The translations under genes were made by a program, and so were the position numbers. The notes under the pieces are model-generated. The model made no database searches and was not told the origin of the DNA. It was given only the letters and a program-made list of their open reading frames with translations. Shown here piece by piece: positions 62,150 through 64,000 of a stretch of DNA of 64,000 bases; within the stretch, counting starts at the first letter, position 1, and every line of letters starts with the position of its first letter. The DNA comes from Chrysomallon squamiferum (lineage: Eukaryota > Animalia > Mollusca): contig CM022670.1 of NCBI GenBank assembly GCA_012295275.1, forward strand, positions 42,284,001 to 42,348,000. The letters are read 5' to 3'.

Positions 62150-62587
62150 CTTTTAAAAAATGATTGCCGTTTGACTAAGCTAAGCTTATTCGGGACTTTA
62201 AATCTTATACAAGTTATAAATTACGAATTTCTCTTGTAGACAGCCAAATTTTATACAAATATTTTGAGTAGCAGGTACATAATTGTGGGTACCAAAATGT
62301 GGGGTGTTTTCTGCAAATATGGCGGCCATAGTGATTGCTGTTGCTGTCGATGTCTGAAAAGTTCGATGTTTCCTTTATTTTGTTTGACTTAGAAATTATG
62401 AGGCAAAATAATTCCATAATGAGGTGTTGATTACAAAGACGGTTCTTAGCAAGTTAATCTTTTACGATTTTTTTTTTTTTAATTAATTCATTCATAAGGC
62501 AAATTAACGCAAATTAATTAACTGATAAAATATTAATAATGATAATAACAACAACAACAACAATAGTAATAACAATACCAATAATAA

Positions 62588-62623
<36 letters not shown>

Positions 62624-63146
62624 TAAATGAATGTTAGCAAAATGATTGAACAAGTAAAGGCGTCTACAATTATAACCAGTCTTATAAAATGATTTTTGTT
62701 TTATTTTTATTTTATTTATTTATTTTTATTTTTTCTGGTTTGATTTCTATTCAGCTTTTGCTATTTACATAATTAAGGTGTAAGGTACATTTAAGCTAAT
62801 TAATGCAACTAATTAATTCATTAAAATTTAGGTATGTTATCAACATGCTTAAAAATACTTAAAGCTTCTTTTTGATATACAATACATGTATTGGTTTGAA
62901 TCTATATAAGATATTCAGTATTTATGTAACCAAACTGAGGAAAGCAATCACAGCTTCTCCATAAATTCTGATGGAAAAATACGGGCAAATTGTATTTAGA
63001 TAAAAATTCGTAATTTTTGTCATAACAACGCTACCAAAGATATCGTTTTAATCTACTTTATTTATTTATTTTTTATTTTTTTTGCTGTTTCTAATAATAT
63101 ATAATTTTATAGAAAAATGTTATTTTTGAAAATTTGTCACGTATCT
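62150..63146 (-). mobile_element. Diverged, inverted second copy of the element at 34917-35696
   Basis: Minus strand shows collinear blocks shared with 34917-35480: TAAGCATGTTG, TTGCATTAATTAGCT, TAAAGTCCC...TAGTCAAAC, and the terminus GATACGTGACAAATTTTC. Confidence 0.5.
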
Positions 63147-63537
63147 CAAATTTAGATTAATTAATTACTTTATTTATAGAACATAAATATTATCGTCAAG
63201 AAAGAATATAACATAAAAAATAAAAACACCAACGACAAAACGATAACTGATAATTCTAGTGATAGTTAATTATATCTAAAATGAAAAAAAGAAAGAAGTA
63301 AGGCTGGGTCTGTATGCGTGGGTACTTTCACAATAACAGTAACACTGATCACTGAACTTGTTACTGTTGTTCTTCTTCCTATTACTGTTTTTATTACTGT
63401 TATTGCTGTTGATGTTGTTATTGTTCTTCTTGTCATTATTATTTTTAGTGTTGTAATGATTACTTTTCTGCTTGTTATTGTTATTGTTGTTACTTTTATT
63501 TCAGAAAGATGACTGATGCTGTATAAATAAGTGTATA

Positions 63538-64000
63538 ATGGGTGTTATTTTTTCCTGGTTCGGACGACATTCAGAAGAAAGAGCAGATCCTGAAGGTTCC
63601 TCGGAAAAACATCTTTATAAAAACACTCGTGAATCTAGCGTTGATCGCGAGGATATTCCAGTAACACAACCGTCCCGCAATCAAAGAATCAGCCATGAAG
63701 ATGAAGATTCTGACGAGGGTGATACCTCTATGCCTAGTTATGACAGTCAAGGAGTACCAGCAGACGACACTGCAGAACCTGAGTATAGAATGTACAATCA
63801 ACAAAATGATGAAGGTATAAACTGTTTTTTGAATGTCATGTATTTGTATGTGTGTAATGTGTATATTTGATGTATATATGTGTGTACGCGAGTACATCTG
63901 TCTGTGTGTATATTATTATTTATTTTTTCCAGGACAGTACCATGTAGCAATCGTTTGTCATGATCGTTATATGAAGCAGGCTGGTACACTCAAAGATCGA
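63538..64000 (+). CDS. 5' end of an unidentified gene: MGxxxS N-terminus, acidic low-complexity linker, possible start of a TIR-like domain
   Basis: Acceptor TTTCAG at 63504 and ATG at 63538; exon runs to 63814 (G|gtataa). The next acceptor TTCCAG at 63932 continues in frame as GQYHVAIVCHDRYMKQAGTLKDR to the edge. Candidate non-coding exon with donor G|GTGAGT near 62012 and CCGGAAG near 61887. Confidence 0.75.

Overview
AT-rich, intron-containing animal genomic DNA (probably an invertebrate, mollusc-like by repeat content; inference). Splicing by hand gives seven protein-coding genes: GNL2 (-, runs off the left edge) head-to-head with TRNAU1AP/SECp43 (+); a two-exon TGIF TALE-homeobox gene (+) followed by a ~13.5 kb gene-free interval; GALE (-) head-to-head with RTF2 (+); acyl-protein thioesterase LYPLA1/2 (+); and the 5' end of an unidentified gene whose product starts MGxxxS and may enter a TIR-like domain at the right edge. 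Mobile DNA includes two related Sola2-like elements (one with a transposase remnant), hAT- and piggyBac-like MITEs, an old TIR element present twice and a LINE 3' fragment. Minisatellite arrays are abundant, and several intronic ones look like amplified copies of the adjacent splice signals. Main leads: Phe at the GALE gatekeeper position, the TRAM-like architecture of the last gene, a Gly2 rather than Cys2 N-terminus in the thioesterase, clustered TGIF-type and E-box sites around TGIF, and a ~350-bp palindrome. Exon coordinates were derived by eye; repeat boundaries are approximate.
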